64,000 bases of DNA from Tubiluchus corallicola. Lineage: Eukaryota > Animalia > Priapulida. The notes under the pieces were generated by a model, which was not told the origin of the DNA, did not search any database, and was given only the letters and a program-made list of their open reading frames with translations. How positions within the stretch are numbered: the stretch's first letter is position 1; each line of letters starts with the position of its first letter. The translations under genes and the position numbers were made by a program. Positions 1 to 13,597 of the stretch are shown here, in pieces. The stretch covers positions 278,854 through 342,853 of the forward strand of contig JAQGDQ010000238.1 of NCBI GenBank assembly GCA_030141605.1. Reading direction: 5' to 3'.

Positions 1-277
1 TAGCTTTTTCGTCATCTCTTCTAAGCTTGGACAAGCGTGTGTGTCCCAACTCTTGGCGCTCCCAACTCTTCGCAAAAATGACACTGTGTCTTACCCGATG
101 GTTTCTTTCTCTGTGTCAAGTAGAATGTTAGCAGCATTCACATCCTGAATAAGGCTGTCAAGCGCTTGATGATCCTTGCTGCGTAGGACCTTTGCCTTCT
201 TGGACTTATTGCCAGGCATTCCTGAAGACCAAACGTAGACGAACTTCTGCATAAAACGTTAAGTTGATGTAGATTAA

Positions 278-953
<676 letters not shown>

Positions 954-1480
954 ACGTCATTATCACTATTATCACTAAAATGATAAATAATGACAATAGT
1001 AGCTATTAATAAATTTTAAAGCTGAACTGCCATAAAATTTGTGTCAACTCACATAGTGCCATAAAGACAGCATACTTAACAATTACGTAAATGACAAAAA
1101 TCACTGTAACTATTGATGAAAAACGTTTTGCAATTATGTTGAAACGCATAGTAGCTATGGGTTGAAGTTTAATAGTATATTTCAGAGATCGCTCTGCAAA
1201 GAATCAGTGTAGAGCCGGTGGTCAGACGGAACCTCTACCCCGGTTAAATATTGTGTAGAAACGTCAAACGATTTTGCAATTTTCACATATAAAAATTTTA
1301 ATTATTATTACAGGTATAATTCATTACCTCAGCATTCCAACGAAGGTCGCTATGGATGACCTAGCTTTCTGCTCAAAACCATATCTATAACAAACTATCT
1401 CAAAATTGTTAAAATCAGTTCGCATAAATAAAAGGTGGAAATAGACATTTTATTCGCAGCAAAATTATTTCACGTGAAAA

Positions 1481-1510
1481 ATGGCTCTGCGTTTGTTGGT
1501 TCTCGCACAG
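1481..1510 (+). CDS. Uncharacterised secreted protein, paralog A, exon 1 of 3; join(1481..1510,5355..5689,10159..10276), 160 aa
   Basis: ATG GCT CTG CGT TTG TTG GTT CTC GCA CAG|GTAAG = MALRLLVLAQ, phase 0. Homologous 30-nt exon at 24221-24250. Joined to exon 2 it forms a signal-peptide-like N-terminus (MALRLLVLAQMIMLTTVSC). Confidence 0.8.
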
Positions 1511-1960
1511 GTAAGCAATATAATACACGTCTTCTTTTTAATCATTGGTATATCATAGGTTACTGTTTCAAATCACGCTAACCACAACCTTTTATCGTTT
1601 CCATTAGTTTTGCCTTGTTTGACCTTTATATTTAATTTATGTATCTTATAAATAGATTTGTACAATCATCTATTTACCACCTATATAGTAGGGTTATGCA
1701 TACCTTATTTTTATGGTAATAAAAAGCATTGCGGTAAAAACTATAAGACAAATACATTTTTTTGTTTTAAAACTGTTTGTATTTCACGGTCATTGAAAAG
1801 TGGAACCTTTTCTACGGCCACAGATTGAGACTACAGCCTACAAAGAAATTACTAAACCGATAGTAGAAATTTGGTTGTAAATCATGACGTTCTTACAGAA
1901 TTTGTCAGTTTTCGCAAAATTTTATGGTAGAGCATTTAATAACGGAACTAGTATTATAAT

Positions 1961-2383
1961 GGATTTGCCCACACTGTATCTCGACACTAGGCGGAGGAAC
2001 TGCACAAGCAGCCAACGGCTAGAGGGCGGAGTAAGTCAAGTGACCCAACGACCACGTGTAGATGAGTAAACCTTTCAAATCAGGAGTGGAGCCCCGAAGG
2101 CGGACCAGTGCAGCATGCTCACTGACTCCGGCAGCTCCTGCAGCCAACCTGGTGCCAAACGTATCGCTCCGCTTTCCTTTGGACTACACCAGCGAGGAAG
2201 AGAGGGGGGTCCTGTTGTCTGGGCAACTCAGGATCTCCATACACCTTGCCCAGGCGTGTGCCCTGGAGACGTTCAAGGATCACGCTGCTCAGCCACAGTC
2301 GACACTGCAGCGCCATCAATGTGATCCATAAGTGACTCTCTTGGTGCACACTCCATTGTCTTCCGAGACAGAAGGATGCCAAC
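1961..2383 (+). mobile_element. Short non-autonomous RTE-clade retroelement (5' UTR fused to 3' end)
   Basis: GC-rich island flanked by an 11-bp direct repeat agtattataat (about 1950-1960 and 2384-2394). The 3' part encodes LSHSRHCS, like an RTE ORF end, and ends in cattgtcttccgagacagaaggatgccaac, which I recall as RTE-like. Confidence 0.65.
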
Positions 2384-5354
2384 AGTATTATAATTAGAGA
2401 AGTACAGGTAGTCTTATTAAAAGATTCATAATAGTATAGTTGGCAGAATCACTACTGATGATGGTTTTATCATCAATTTTGGCATCGAACAGAGTAAGGT
2501 CAACTGACACGATATTAAAATATTGTAACGATGTTGGGTCCTTGCCGCCAGGGTTCTGATTGCTGGCCCCTGGTCGGTTCGTTCCCTCGTATTTCGGAGG
2601 CCAAGTAGACCGGGTCCCGTGTCAGGATGATGAAAACTTTATAAAGTTAGATATAGATTTGTGAAAGCAAACTTGCTAGTAAACTTGGCCCGTTTACTTC
2701 TTGCCGGCTGACCGTAATGGCAAAAACACCTGTCAGTTTACCTGAAACTGCTGAGACCATTCCATAGCGGCGGTTTTATAACGGTATTCAAAGCCAGCCC
2801 TATGCAATGACTTCGTAAGGACGAGACCGCTGTCACAATGCAGAGGGGGTCGAAAATAAGTAGCATTTCACCCCGGAACACTATAAAAGAAAATTTAATC
2901 GATGCGGCAGCAACATTAACTGTTTTCATATTGTTTTTTCAGCAGAAATGTTATAGTTTCTTTTCAGCAACTCAACATTACCTCATTTGAAATTTTAAAT
3001 AAGTATAACTTAGTTCTGAAGAGCAAAGACGAATGTCATGGTAACACGTGCCCCAAAGACGTTCTAGAAAGTGCAATCAGCAATTATCAGATTAACATCA
3101 TTAGACATTAGACCTACTTAATTTTGTTGAAGGTGTTGCATATATTAGTTCCGTCCTGCACTCATATCGCCAACTGCTTTTTATGAGTTTTTATTGAGCG
3201 AAAAGTCGACAACTGCTATGATTGATCAAAATGCTGTTTACAAGCATCCATTAATGTTAGCTAAATGTGACAGTTGCTAGGTTGGTTAGACTACGAGGCA
3301 GCTACCTACCAGATATGTAAATGTCCATAAAACAATCAAAACAAACATCAGTTGTATGTGCGTACTGATTCTTATTACAGTGTTATAATTTGCCTTAATT
3401 AAAGGACAAGAAAAAGGGGCACCTGAAGTAGGTTTCGAACCTTAAAAAAAGTATACTACTTTACAGCAATTTTGTACACATATGGTATTTTCGTTGAAAG
3501 GAATTTTCGTTTGTTTTCATTTTAAAAGTTCTGCAATACTGTTCCGACGGCGCCAATTATATGACGTCACTAGCCACGTAAATCAGGGGAAAAAAGTCAA
3601 TGTTTAATTTTGACCCAAAAAACTTTTCGTGCAGACCTATATTACTTAGCATTTCACTTACCTGTTGGAAAAACTTATGTAACTAGACTAATAATTTAAA
3701 ATGTTTGTGCCAATTGGTAAAATGTTGCTGACTCACCCTCCAGGGTGCGCCACTCACCAGCCAAAAACGTACTTTTAATCTTATTGACAAGATATAGTAA
3801 TTTAAAATATTACTTAATTAGCAACATGTATGCTGCGAATGCTCTGACTATTTTTTCAAACTTTACTTAATGTTATCAAAACTTGAATCAAATGACCTAC
3901 CATTAAAATGGCTGCGCCTAACGGTCATCACAGGAGTTTAAATTTACACGTTTTATACAGCGTTACGGCCGATGCAAGCTATGCATACGAAAAGGTAGTG
4001 CGTAAGTGGTATAAAATTTCGAGACGAATTTTTTAAACTTTATGTAAGTGGAGGATTTTCTTGTGCTTTAATATCTCTACTACTTCCATTTGCAAGGCAG
4101 ATCTTTTAACAAAAGAAACATTTCATATTGAAAAACAGGCCCATCTTTCAGTTCAAAAAGTGAATACTATTATTAAAGTGTACTTTTGACTGTCCCGAGA
4201 TTTTTTACCATTTCTTTCCGAGAGTGCAAACCTTAATTTCACACTAAAAACTTAATCAATCTTTGTTCTATACAAGGTCAGTAAGATGGCGTTTCATCTT
4301 TTGATATTCTACTGTGCGTGCTCGTAGGCGGGAATCGAGGGCGGTGACGGTTGCCCTCCCAGTGCATAAGAATTGTACATTTTTAGGGCAAAAGCTGATT
4401 ATTTTCAGGGCAAATAAAATGTCAAGATTTAAGATTTCAATATTCAAAAATTGCTTACGTACTGCTTTAGGCCAACCTCTTTTCATTGGCTGCAATTAAA
4501 ATGTTTATTGTACGACTTATTGTTTTTAACTTTTAATAATTATTGTTATAATACTGCCTGCTATCAATTTTAGTTCACTAAACCTTATAAATCCGTTTCA
4601 CACTTGTTATGTACATGCTTCTCAATATGCTGGCAAAGTCATATAGACATGTTTGCAAAAGGAAAACACAAACAGTCACCATTATCTCTTTTGAATTTCT
4701 GAAACGTTAGAAAAAGTATTGTGAACGTATCTGCATGTTTTTTTCAGTGAAAATGCAAACCTTTGGCTTGTGTCTTGTTAGACTCATGACTATTTAGTAA
4801 AGATTATTGTAATTTGGATTTCTTGCATACGATTACTATTGCAGTTCGTATTGGGTATCAGAACATGATTTTGCCCCCTCCCTCAAACTAGAGTAACTTT
4901 CAGGGCTTATTCGATATGCCGCCTTGTGACTCTTACTCCCTACGTCTATGCGTGTGTTCAATAAAATACTTTAGATTTTGTTCGCCTAAATAGTAGATTT
5001 GTTAATTCTCTTTATAAAAGTTTGCTAAAATTTTTATAAATTCCATAGCGTGAGCAAAGAAGGAATGAATGAGTGAGTGGGTGACTGATAGGGCGAGTAG
5101 TAGGCTGTACTTGTGACTGAGGGGGTGAATAAGTGGCTTAGTCAGCGAATGGGTAAATGTGAGTTACAGAGTGAGTGTATAAGTGTGTGTGTGAATGCGT
5201 GCATGAGTGTGTGTATGTGTTTGTGTGTGAGTGTGTGTGAGTGTGAGTGTCAGTATGTCAGTCAGGGCTTCAGGCAGAGCACTTCGTGCTTTCAGCCAGC
5301 AGTAATTGTCCACAAAAGTTATTTCCACAATACCCGATGTTCAATGTTTTTCAG

Positions 5355-5689
5355 ATGATAATGTTAACAACTGTGTCCTGTCGAAAGAGTTACTCAATCT
5401 ATGATCAGTCCAATCATGGCAGGGGAGATGGACCACTGGATCGATACCACCCAAAAAAATTCTCTCCTTACAACAACAATCCTGGCGAGCACGGATATCC
5501 AGACGAGAGAACTACTCTCGAGCTAATTTGTGCGATTTCACCACTTTATAACGGCGATGACTACAGGCGGTTCAATGTGCTTGACAGATATCATACTCAG
5601 TATGGATCACCTTTCTCGGCAAATCCTGGTGACAAAAAATTTCCGCAATTTATAGTTGGATTTAATGCTCCGTTTCGATTACCATTTGC
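5355..5689 (+). CDS. Uncharacterised secreted protein, paralog A, exon 2
   Basis: ttttcag acceptor and GC|GTGAGT donor (phase 2). Open frame MIMLTTVSCRKSY...GRGDGPLDRYHPKKFSPYNNNPG...FNAPFRLPF. Same 335-nt length as the paralog exon at 25630-25964. Confidence 0.88.
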
Positions 5690-5850
5690 GTGAGTACACG
5701 ATTTACTTTGTTTGCTATTATTAATAATAATTATCATCATCACTGGACTGGCCACCACTGCCATAGCCACCATCACCAACACCGCCACAAACACCAATAC
5801 CGCCAACATCACCAACAAGATCATCATCACTATCATTATCATCATAATCA

Positions 5851-5934
5851 TCACCTTTCTCGGCTGGTCCTGATGACAAAAAAATTCCTCAATATGTCGC
5901 TGGATTTAACGCTCCTCTTAAGTTACCATTTGCG
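5851..5934 (+). pseudogene. Orphaned divergent copy of the 3' end of exon 2 of the secreted-protein gene
   Basis: Translates SPFSAGPDDKKIPQYVAGFNAPLKLPFA against SPFSANPGDKKFPQFIVGFNAPFRLPFA, with no indels. No acceptor, and the GT donor is lost. Confidence 0.8.
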
Positions 5935-6300
5935 ATTTTCATAGTATATGATTTTCATAGTTTGATACTGCTTGTATTAATCAACACCATTGTTACATGC
6001 ACCATCATCATCATTATTAATGCCAAGCGTTGCGTGATTATCATCATTTTTATAATTACATCATTATCGTATATCATCTACTGTTTCTTTTACTGTTTCA
6101 ATAATTATGACGATTATACCCAAGTGTTGGGATGTTTTGTATGTTGTGTGATTTTTTTATGTAAATTGTATTTTATCATCTTGCCGCTGCTGCCAACACT
6201 GCAAAAAGAAAATAATAAGTAAATTTGAAGAAAACATAGGACATCACCAATTATGGCGAAAGGAAAAAAGAAAAAAAGAGGGTTTTATAACCACCTATAC

Positions 6301-6798
6301 CAGGGGTGTGCAAATTGCGGCCCGCGGGCCACTTGAGGCTCGTCGAGAGAATTTGTGCGGCCCGCGAAGAGATTTGTCGACCTAATGAAAGTGCGGCCCG
6401 GGCGATTAATAGAGTGTATCCAGCTGAAGTCCGTGCCACGATCCCAAAGATAGTGCGCGTAGTTTTTTCTACTAGATCGGATGCCATTAACCCTTACAAG
6501 ACGGTTGTAGCTTAATGTCACTGTTCTACAGAGACTATGTGATACACATTACTAATATGCATTGTAATAAAGTTACCACTATCTGTCCTGAAAGTAGAAA
6601 TATATGGTTTGTAATATAGATTTTAATAACTTCTAAAATAGTTTCTTGAGTGCAGTAGTAATGATGTACGCAAGTCGGATGCAAAAATCGTTATTAGGCC
6701 CTTCTGTACTTGGCACCTTGATCAAACTGCCTGTGGCCCGCAGGAATTGCGGGAAAGTTTAATGTGGCCCGGCTAGTCAGATAACTTGCACACCCCTG
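6301..6798. mobile_element. hAT-type MITE
   Basis: TIR caggggtgtgcaa / ttgcacacccctg, perfect 8-bp TSD acctatac, internal gcggcccgcg motifs. Confidence 0.92.
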
Positions 6799-7371
6799 AC
6801 CTATACACATGGCACTTTTAGAGTTAATCAGATTTTATAGAAATGAAATATTGAGTATGTATATTTTTTGCAATTAGCGAAAAGTTACGACAAATTGTAG
6901 CTAAGATGCTTGGGCAGATCTACGGAAAACAGACATACCACCTCAACTAATAGTAATATACAAATTTACAGAAACTACACATATTGCTGTAGAACCATCA
7001 TTTGAGCAATAAGATGTACATTAAAATAAGTGAAATTGTCTGTCTTTCGGCGAACCATGTTTTGTTAGGTCCGTTTCTATGCAGGGCTGCAGTAAATTGA
7101 TTAAGTGAAATGGTAACCGGTAACTGTAATCGGCTGGAACATTCAAATAGACGTCTTATTATTTATCAATCGCGATCTGGCAATGGGAGTCAGCGAAGAA
7201 GAAAGAAATAAACATGTGATACAAAAACGTTGAAAAAGCAAAATACAAGCAAATAGACATCTAGCACAACGCACACGTTATACTTCAATGGCGCGTTCAG
7301 ACGAGAGAGTTCTCTCGCAAGTTATTGCAAACACAGCGAAATTTACTTTTACTGAGAGTGTTGTATCGCAC

Positions 7372-7726
7372 AAGAACTTGCTAAGCCGTTCACACTTGCA
7401 AGTTTACTCTCAGAGAGAACTTGCAAAGCCGTTCACACTTGCAAGTTTAGATTCAGAGAGAACTTGAAAAGTCATTCACACTTGCAAGTTTAGATTCAGA
7501 GAGAACTTGAAAAGTCATTCACACTTGCAAGTTTAGATTCAGAGAGAACTTGAAAAGTCATTCACACTTGCAAGTTTACATTCAGAGAGAACGTGCAAAG
7601 CCGTTCACACTTGCAAGTTTACTCTCAGAGAGAACTTGCAAAGCCGTTTACACTTGCAAGTTTACTCTCAGAGAGAACTTGCAAAGCCATTCACCCTTGT
7701 AAGTTTACTCTCAGTGAGAACTTGCG
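7372..7726. repeat. Minisatellite, 43-bp unit, about 8 copies
   Basis: cacacttgcaagtttactctcagagagaacttgcaaagccgtt repeated head to tail. Confidence 0.92.
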
Positions 7727-7857
7727 ACAGAAAGTAAAATGACTCTAGTGATAACAATTAAAGCTGGGAGATCGGCAAACCCTTCAGAATGCCAATATAT
7801 GACAGCCTGGATGAATTGAAAACTAATCTTGAAACGCTGCTGAAGAAAAGAGACAAT

Positions 7858-8355
<498 letters not shown>

Positions 8356-8886
8356 AAATCTTTATTTGCCATTTTAAAAACATTGACCATCATAATAAAA
8401 GACAGACAATCAGTGTTAGTTTAATAAAAACATACACTGTTCAGGGCAAATGCGTCTGGTGCAAGCTAAACTATAAGTGTAACTAGAAATTCAAAAATAC
8501 AATATAAACTAGTTTAGTAAAGTCTAGGAAAAATGAAATTATGATTTGAGTAAGTATCGTCGTGTTCGTATGTCGGATATTCGAAACGAGTCATTAAATG
8601 TTTTTTTTAATTTAGACTTAAATATTGATAAAGAGCTGCTGTGTTCTATTGATGTCGATAATGAATTCCAAAGTTCTATTGCTTGCTTAGTAAGGGAATT
8701 CTTTCCATATTGATTGTTCGTTCTAATGTTTCTTAAATTTAGTGTTCTGTTATTCATACTGGGGTTTTCAAGAAGTGGGAGCTTATTGTTTTTGAAAGAA
8801 GAATTAATATTGTTGATATATTTATAGAGAAACAAGAGAGTTTGATAATCTCTATGGGCTTCTAATATGGGGATTTTCATGGACAA
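8356..8886 (-). mobile_element. 5'-truncated CR1/L2-group LINE 3' end
   Basis: LFLYKYINN...YGKNSL...AIELWNSL...SSSLSIFKSKLKK, the C-terminal motif of CR1/L2 ORF2, followed by a 3' UTR, AATAAA and an (ACT)n tail. Confidence 0.8.
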
Positions 8887-9670
8887 TCAGTTACATCAAC
8901 ATTATTGAAACAACAATATCAATGACATTAATGAATAAGTGTACAGAGCAAAAAGTGGGTGAATGCCCGAAGAGGTCAATTTAGTATTTCTATGAATCCA
9001 TGACTTCCTTGCTAAATTATAGATCCGAGACGTGATCAAATGTGACACTCACCCGTTATCACCGGGTGGGTGAACTTGAGAAAAGTACGGACATTTCCTA
9101 TTTAATTTAGGACACTAATACAATATTATTAATAGATAATGGAGTTCCGTATGTGACACTTAAAAACATGAAGTAAATTGCAGGCAACTTGTTTCAATAA
9201 AAACACAAGCAGTTTCCGCTTATCACTACTAACCCACAGCAAGAAATTTATTTTTTGGACTTTTTTGAGTATTATATTTTAGCGTACTCGCATGTTCAGT
9301 TTTTACCTAAACTTTTACCTTGAATATTTGGATTGATTCGTATTAAAATTTCTACTCGCCACGGAAAATGAGTTTGTTTTATTTGTTTGCCATTAACATC
9401 AGTTCATAGATTTGTAAGTTCGTAATTTCATTTTCCATTGGCTGCTGCTGTTATTGCTGTTGTAACGCAGTTGAAGTCTAGTCTAAATTTGAAATTCAGA
9501 ATCAACATTTATCTGAGAGTGTGAATGCGCTGTTCAAAAATTAACGTTGCAGGCCAGTGACGATCAATTAGGCGCGAGTTAACAGTGTAGTCTTCGGTGG
9601 AATATGAAAGAAATGGAATTGGATTAATATAAATAGCTGAGTTGTAATAATTTGTAGTAAAATTCTTGTC

Positions 9671-9808
<138 letters not shown>

Positions 9809-10158
9809 TCTTTATTTTAACACTTTAACCAACAATTATAAACTATTAGTTATTTCCGAAGTGGTCCATAAATAAAGGCATAAACATTACAATATTTAGC
9901 ACACTGGGAGCAGTAAAATACCGAGTAATAAAATCTCGTTTAGAAATCATACTATTAGACAGTTTAAAAACAATTTAAATATCACAGTTTATACAGAATG
10001 GATAAAACAAAATATGCAAATTATTTACAATACAGACAAATATAACCGAGTCAGCACACTTTTGTAAAACATCTGCAGTAAAGTAAAACATCTGCAGTAA
10101 TGAACATTACAACCTTTCTAAATGGTTTACCAACTGATTGTTTCTTTCTTTTCTGTAG

Positions 10159-10276
10159 GCCAGCTGGACTGAAGTACATTAAGTTTGATAACTCTCGACA
10201 TGGAGGAAAAAGCAAGTCGGATACTTCGACCTACACTCCATATAGATTGTTCTGCAGTCTTCCATTCTTCAATTAA
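10159..10276 (+). CDS. Uncharacterised secreted protein, paralog A, exon 3 (terminal)
   Basis: Polypyrimidine tract plus tgtag acceptor, phase-compatible with exon 2. (A)PAGLKYIKFDNSRHGGKSKSDTSTYTPYRLFCSLPFFN*. AATAAA about 70 nt downstream. Colinear with 28898-29015. Confidence 0.85.
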
Positions 10277-10732
10277 TTTTTTCCTATTTTTCCTATTTTC
10301 CTATTAATTTATTTCCTACTTTTTCTATTGTAAGTATAATACAAAATAAAGAAATATTTTTCAATGGTCTTTTGTGCATTCGCATTTTTTCACTTTGTGA
10401 CTAGAAACACGTGTGGGCTAAAACATCGCGTTTCTTCATTCCTTTCTTGGGGGATTTTGAGGTAGTAAAACTGGCAATCGTTTGGGGCACTGAATAATCC
10501 ATTCTGTGTTGTTTGCATGACATGATTTCAATAGTGTATTGTTTGCAAGTTTGGTGAAATATTTTCTGTTTTGCTGTCCTTATATCCGGTCATTACTTTC
10601 AAGACAGTACAGTGAAGTGTTAATATTTTTTGAAGTTTTTGAAATTGAATTAAATGTTTAATCCACAAAACCAAATTTTTAGTTAAACAATATTATGGCC
10701 AACCGGTGCCATTGCCATGTGTTATGTGACGG

Positions 10733-10735
<3 letters not shown>

Positions 10736-10776
<41 letters not shown>

Positions 10777-11082
10777 AGATGTAGATGTGGATGTAGATGT
10801 AGATGTAGATGTAGATGTAAATGTAGATACAGATGTAATGTAGAAGTAGATGTAGATGAAGATGTAGATGTAGATGTAGACGAAGATGTAGATGTAGATG
10901 TAGACGTAGACGTAGACGTAGACGTAGACGTAGACGTAGACGTAGACATAGACATAGACATAGACATAGACATAGACATAGACATAGACATAGACAAAGA
11001 CATAGATATAGATATAGTCATAGATTAGATGTAGATATAGATGTAGATATAGATGTAGATGTAGATGTAGCTATAAATATAG
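10736..11082. repeat. Compound (TA)n/(GATGTA)n/(GACGTA)n/(GACATA)n microsatellite
   Basis: Direct inspection. Confidence 0.95.
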
Positions 11083-11359
11083 ATCTACACGAATATACAG
11101 CTTTACAAAAACAGCAATATAAACAACTATTTACACGTTAAGGTCTTAAAATTTATATGATATCCATTAATAAGTGAAGTCTGGTTGTTCTTAGATTGTT
11201 GACCATCTAATCAAGCTTATTTACGTATTATCTCCACGAAGCATACAATCAAAATGGTTACACATAGTTTTATCCGACAATAGGCTAGTCAGATACAGCG
11301 AGTATGCAGTTATTAAGGCCGTGTTTCCATCTAACCCTGAAAAAGAAGCCGTCTCTCAC

Positions 11360-11730
11360 CTGTTCAATTCTATGAGGTTTAATTTTTATAAACTTGTCCA
11401 CCATTACCTTTCTGTAGTTTTAAGCACTTTGTTTAGTAATTTGAAAAGAAGATACTACATTAAATTGCTGTTTGCTACATTCACCATGTCTCACCCAGTT
11501 TTTTTTCCTGATGGTCCCTTACATATTTTCTACACACCGTCATCCTTGTACAAAGTTTTATGTTAGTTTCACCGACATATTGTTCTCCGCATCCAGAGCA
11601 AGTTATTATGTATACTAAATTCTTTTAATCACAAAAATCGTCTTTATTGACTTTACAAAAAATATTTAACTTCGATAATGTAGTTGCACGTAGTACATCT
11701 TGGTTTACGACATTTTTAACTCATTCTCCA
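11360..11730 (-). mobile_element. Penelope-like element remnant (GIY-YIG endonuclease)
   Basis: Minus-strand translation gives KCRKPRCTTCNYI, then NLVYIITCSGCGEQYVGETNIKLCTRM. Stops and frameshifts present. Confidence 0.8.
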
Positions 11731-13526
11731 TTGGAGAACCTCATTTTGACTTTGACAGAATTTACTACCCAGCAGTCTGGCTTCTCCTATGCTTCTCCCT
11801 AATTTATCACTGCTGCACAAGACAGGGAGTCTTCTGTTTGTATTGTTCGGGCTGTATGTACTTATCAAAATAACTCGTTCTTTTTTTGGTCTGGATCTTT
11901 TTTTGTTCTCTCATTATGCAAATCAACCTCATCTTGTGATAAAGCTATCATTATACTTTTGAAAAACGTTTGTCTTAATTTACACTTTTTACAGTAGCAT
12001 TTGACAACCTTCTGCTGTTTGTGAGTAAGCTTCAGAGTTGCGGAGTCAGGCTAGCCAGTTAAAGCGCTTGATTGGCCATTGTGGGGTGTGAGGTGGGCTC
12101 CTACTGGTTGATTGACATGATGCGATCTCTCTTTTACTTTCTACGTGCACAATCTCGTTGACAGCATTTGAATTTACACCTTAAATTAAATTAAAGCTAT
12201 ACAACATCATTTTGAGCTTACTGAGAGGTGTCGAACCCAAATATATGATGAATATATACAAATGAAGAAGTTACACAAGCACTCGGTATTTTCATATTAC
12301 AGCAGTAGGTGCATTGGGATGCTTGTTTACAAAGTTGACTAATTTCAATTTTTGTTAAATACTTTTAAATCCCATTGCGCCTGCACATCTTTAGTCTCAG
12401 TATCAGTGAAAACTCGTACCGAGCTTTAGACTACAATAAGATTAGAAACAACATTGGAAAATTGGAATTTCATTACGTAATATTACCATGCATTAGCTTT
12501 TGACAGTTAAAGTTACACATTTATATAATTAGCAATGTTTAAGTTGCGACTGAAAATTTTTTGCATGTTAAAACATTAAATGCTGGAATAATGTCAACCA
12601 ATCATCAACTGAAAAATAGTGAGTGAGCACTCAATACAAGGAGCAAAACGATAAACGAATCAACCAGTGCACATCAACCAGTGACAGTCCTGGTCATTGC
12701 AAAAGAAGATATAGCACTGATAAGGATTTGTAGCCAAGAAAACATGGATTATCTGGATTACGATATTACTTCCGTACGATATCAGGAATTCCCTTAAAGA
12801 GAAAATGTACAATGGGTGCTACATGAAGAGGAACTAAAGCAAAAATTATTGAGTGCTGGGACCAAATGCACTTTAAAGAAGTGAGAAACTGTATCAGCTG
12901 TTGGTGGAAACGCCTTCGTCTAGTTTGCAGTGAAAATGGTTGGCGTATGGAGCACTTGCTGTAAATTCAGTAGTCACAAAGTTTTTACCGATATTTATTT
13001 TTGTGACTTGTTGGTTTAAAACTTCTGTATCTCTCGAAAAATCTCAAATAATGGCTTACAATTTTTGGCGCTTATGCAAAAGCGTTCGTAACATCAGTTT
13101 AGTAATTTTCAGATGATTTCATTATTTTCTTCTGATAATATCATAATCAAATCTTCCGTACTTTTTGCGCCATCTGATGTATTGCCTAGTTGTTCTCGTT
13201 TAAACCCGAGGACCTCCATCCAATTATTTCTGCCATTATTTTGCTTCATTCCGTTTTGGTGGAAATACTTCCCAGCCACTTTACATTAAAATTTACTTTC
13301 AAAAAAATTCTGTCGGTACTTACTATAATCGTTTTATCTGCATGCGCAAGGCAATATAGATCCCATAAGATTATTTCATAAAACAGTTGCTACACATCAT
13401 ACAAGAATGCATTAAAAAGTATTAATGCTGAAACGGCACCACCTCGGTTCGAGATCGACGTCCTGAAACGAAACTAAGAAACCAAGCAACTGGCAAACAT
13501 TCACCAGCTTTAAATGTATATACGTA

Positions 13527-13530
<4 letters not shown>

Positions 13531-13595
<65 letters not shown>
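13531..13595. repeat. (TG)n microsatellite
   Basis: Direct inspection. Confidence 0.95.

Positions 13596-13597
<2 letters not shown>

Noticed and set aside
5247-5693. Single-exon 148-aa gene as given in the ORF track
   Set aside because: Homology to paralog B starts at the acceptor at 5355, and the apparent stop is part of the GTGAGT donor. The three-exon model fits both copies.
5690-5944. His-rich ORFs after exon 2 (also 25965-26252)
   Set aside because: They begin at the GTGAGT splice donor and come from (CAT/CAC)n low-complexity intron sequence.
7372-7726. CRISPR-like appearance of the 43-bp palindromic repeat (also the 41-bp and 40-bp arrays)
   Set aside because: The units are head to tail with no unique spacers, there are no cas genes, and the context is eukaryotic.
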